Below are positions 61,101 through 64,000 of a stretch of DNA of 64,000 nucleotides, piece by piece (position 1 is the stretch's first letter; each line of letters begins with the position of its first letter). Position numbers and translations under genes: made by a program. The DNA comes from Mayamaea pseudoterrestris (lineage: Eukaryota): contig BROI01000039.1 of NCBI GenBank assembly GCA_027923505.1, forward strand, positions 62,001 to 126,000. The letters are read 5' to 3'. The notes beneath the pieces are model-generated. The model did not search any database. It saw nothing but the letters and a program-made list of their open reading frames with translations, and was not told the DNA's origin.

Positions 61101-64000
61101 AGAATGGTGCCAACATCATTATTCAGGCTGCGCTACAAGATGGTATGCCTGGCTAGTGTCTCAGGGGACGGCAATGATATTGGTGACAACTTGTCACCAG
61201 TCTCAGCCTGCAGATGCCGTGACATTCAAACGCCCCTACAGCAGGCCATGTATACACCCAAATGACACCAGAATGGTGCCAACATCATTATTCAGGCTGC
61301 GCTACAAGATGGTATGCCTGGCTAGTGTCTCAGGGGACAGCAATGATATTGGTGACAACTTGTCACCAGTCTCAGCCTGCAGATGCCGTGACATTCAAAC
61401 GCCCCTACAGCAGGCCATGTATACACCCAAATGACACCAGAATGGTGCCAACATCATTATTCAGGCTGCGCTACAAGATGGTATGCCTGGCTAGTGTCTC
61501 AGGGGACGGCAATGATATTGGTGACAACTTGTCACCAGTCTCAGCCTGCAGATGCCGTGACATTCAAACGCCCCTACAGCAGGCCATGTATACACCCAAA
61601 TGACACCAGAATGGTGCCAACATCATTATTCAGGCTGCGCTACAAGATGGTATGCCTGGCTAGTGTCTCAGGGGACGGCAATGATATTGGTGACAACTTG
61701 TCACCAGTCTCAGCCTGCAGATGCCGTGACATTCAAACGCCCCTACAGCAGGCCATGTATACACCCAAATGACACCAGAATGGTGCCAACATCATTATTC
61801 AGGCTGCGCTACAAGATGGTATGCCTGGCTAGTGTCTCAGGGGACGGCAATGATATTGGTGACAACTTGTCACCAGTCTCAGCCTGCAGATGCCGTGACA
61901 TTCAAACACCCCTACAGCAGGCCATGACTATACCCAAATGACACCAGAATGGTGCCAACATCATTATTCAGGCTGCGCTACAAGATGGTATGCCTGGCTA
62001 GTGTCTCAGGGGACGGCAATGATATTGGTGACAACTTGTCACCAGTCTCAGCCTGCGGATGCCGTGACATTCAAACGCCCCTACAGCAGGCCATGTATAC
62101 ACCCAAATGACACCAGAATGGTGCCAACATCATTATTCAGGCTGCGCTACAAGATGGTATGCCTGGCTAGTGTCTCAGGGGACGGCAATGATATTGGTGA
62201 CAACTTGTCACCAGTCTCAGCCTGCAGATGCCGTGACATTCAAACGCCCCTACAGCAGGCCATGTATACACCCAAATGACACCAGAATGGTGCCAACATC
62301 ATTATTCAGGCTGCGCTACAAGATGGTATGCCTGGCTAGTGTCTCAGGGGAAGATATTGGTGACAACTTGTCACCAGTCTCAGCCTGCGGATGCCGTGAC
62401 ATTCAAACGCCCCTACAGCAGGCCATGTATACACCCAAATGACACCAGAATGGTGCCAACATCATTATTCAGGCTGCGCTACAAGATGGTATGCCTGGCT
62501 AGTGTCTCAGGGGACGGCAATGATATTGGTGACAACTTGTCACCAGTCTCAGCCCGCAGATGCCGTGACATTCAAACGCCCCTACAGCAGGCCATGTATA
62601 CACCCAAATGACACCAGAATGGTGCCAACATCATTATTCAGGCTGCGCTACAAGATGGTATGCCTGGCTAGTGTCTCAGGGGACGGCAATGATATTGGTG
62701 ACAACTTGTCACCAGTCTCAGCCTGCAGATGCCGTGACATTCAAACGCCCCTACAGCAGGCCATGTATACACCCAAATGACACCAGAATGGTGCCAACAT
62801 CATTATTCAGGCTGCGCTACAAGATGGTATGCCTGGCTAGTGTCTCAGGGGACGGCAATGATATTGGTGACAACTTGTCACCAGTCTCAGCCCGCAGATG
62901 CCGTGACATTCAAACGCCCCTACAGCAAGCCCTGTAGGCACCCAAATGACACCAGAATGGTGCCAACATCATTATTCAGGCTGCGCTACAAGATGGTATG
63001 CCTGGCTAGTGTCTCAGGGGATGGCAATGATATTGGTGACAACTTGTCACCAGTCTCAGCCTGCAGATGCCGTGACATTCAAACGCCCCTACAGCAGGCC
63101 ATGTATACACCCAAATGACACCAGAATGGTGCCAACATCATTATTCAGGCTGCGCTACAAGATGGTATGCCTGGCTAGTGTCTCAGGGGACGGCAATGAT
63201 ATTGGTGACAACTTGTCACCAGTCTCAGCCTGCAGATGCCGTGACATTCAAACGCCCCTACAGCAGGCCATGTATACACCCAAATGACACCAGAATGGTG
63301 CCAACATCATTATTCAGGCTGCGCTACAAGATGGTATGCCTGGCTAGTGTCTCAGGGGACGGCAATGATATTGGTGACAACTTGTCACCAGTCTCAGCCT
63401 GCAGATGCCGTGACATTCAAACGCCCTTCAGCAGGCCATGTATACACCCAAATGACACCAGAATGGTGCCAACATCATTATTCAGGCTGCGCTACAAGAT
63501 GGTATGCCTGGCTAGTGTCTCAGGGGACGGCAATGATATTGGTGACAACTTGTCACCAGTCTCAGCCTGCAGATGCCGTGACATTCAAACACCCCTACAG
63601 CAGGCCATGTATATACCCAAATGTCACCAGAATATTGCTAACATCATCATTCCGGCTGCGCTACAATATGGTATGCCTGGCTAGTGTCTCAGGGGACGGC
63701 AATGATATTGGTGACAACTTGTCACCAGTCTCAGCCCTGCAGATGCCATGACATTCAAACGCACCTACAGCAGGCCATCTAGATCCACACATAACGCCAC
63801 AATCTTGCCATCATCATCATTCAGGCTGCGCTACAAGATGGTATGCCTGGCTAGTGTCTCAGGGGACGGCAATGATATTGGTGACAACTTGTCACCAGTC
63901 TCAGCCTGCGGATGCCGTGACATTCAAACGCCCCTACAGCAGGCCATGACTATACCCAAATGACACCAGAATGGTGCCAACATCATTATTCAGGCTGTGC
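52120..64000. repeat. 169-bp satellite DNA array (~70 head-to-tail monomers, continuing past the window end)
   Basis: Monomer TGACACCAGAATGGTGCCAACATCATTATTCAGGCTGCGCTACAAGATGGTATGCCTGGCTAGTGTCTCAGGGGACGGCAATGATATTGGTGACAACTTGTCACCAGTCTCAGCCTGCAGATGCCGTGACATTCAAACGCCCCTACAGCAGGCCATGTATACACCCAAA. The ORF track recurs every 169 bp. Confidence 0.98.

Noticed and set aside
52106..63963. Dozens of ~113-aa ORFs (MTPEWCQHH...)
   Set aside because: Artefacts of translating a 169-bp repeat, whose length is not a multiple of 3. Indels break them freely.
52120..64000. CRISPR array or 5S/tRNA/SL RNA tandem genes
   Set aside because: Whole monomers are identical, so there are no unique spacers, and there are no cas genes. 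I see no recognisable 5S, tRNA or poly-T terminator features, though an Rfam scan would be needed to exclude an RNA gene formally.

Overview
Eukaryotic, gene-dense window with short GT-AG introns, most likely from a diatom. The evidence is a Psb31-type PSII extrinsic protein, ASAFAP-like bipartite plastid presequences, a CoDi-type copia fragment and a DUF6824 remnant. Positions 1-52 kb hold about 20 genes: myosin, SPC25, an ALG8-TLDc fusion ORF, COP-zeta, Psb31, IPMDH, a secreted two-domain protein, a CHD remodeler, a macro-domain protein, homoserine dehydrogenase, a RING protein, thiolase, PEX13 and DHQ synthase. The last ~11.9 kb is a head-to-tail 169-bp satellite array (~70 copies, ~51% GC, dyad-rich, divergent at its edge), a candidate satellite centromere or pericentromere. 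Other highlights: (1) two identical 6-nt microexons that build helicase motif VI of the CHD gene; (2) an apparently exact 3,938-bp tandem duplication carrying the kinetochore gene SPC25 and a TGACGT-rich 42-bp array; (3) a copia remnant bracketed by a 352-bp direct duplication of the ALG8 5' end; (4) a tandem pair of hairpin-rich putative ncRNAs. All calls come from manual reading and translation; no database searches were run.
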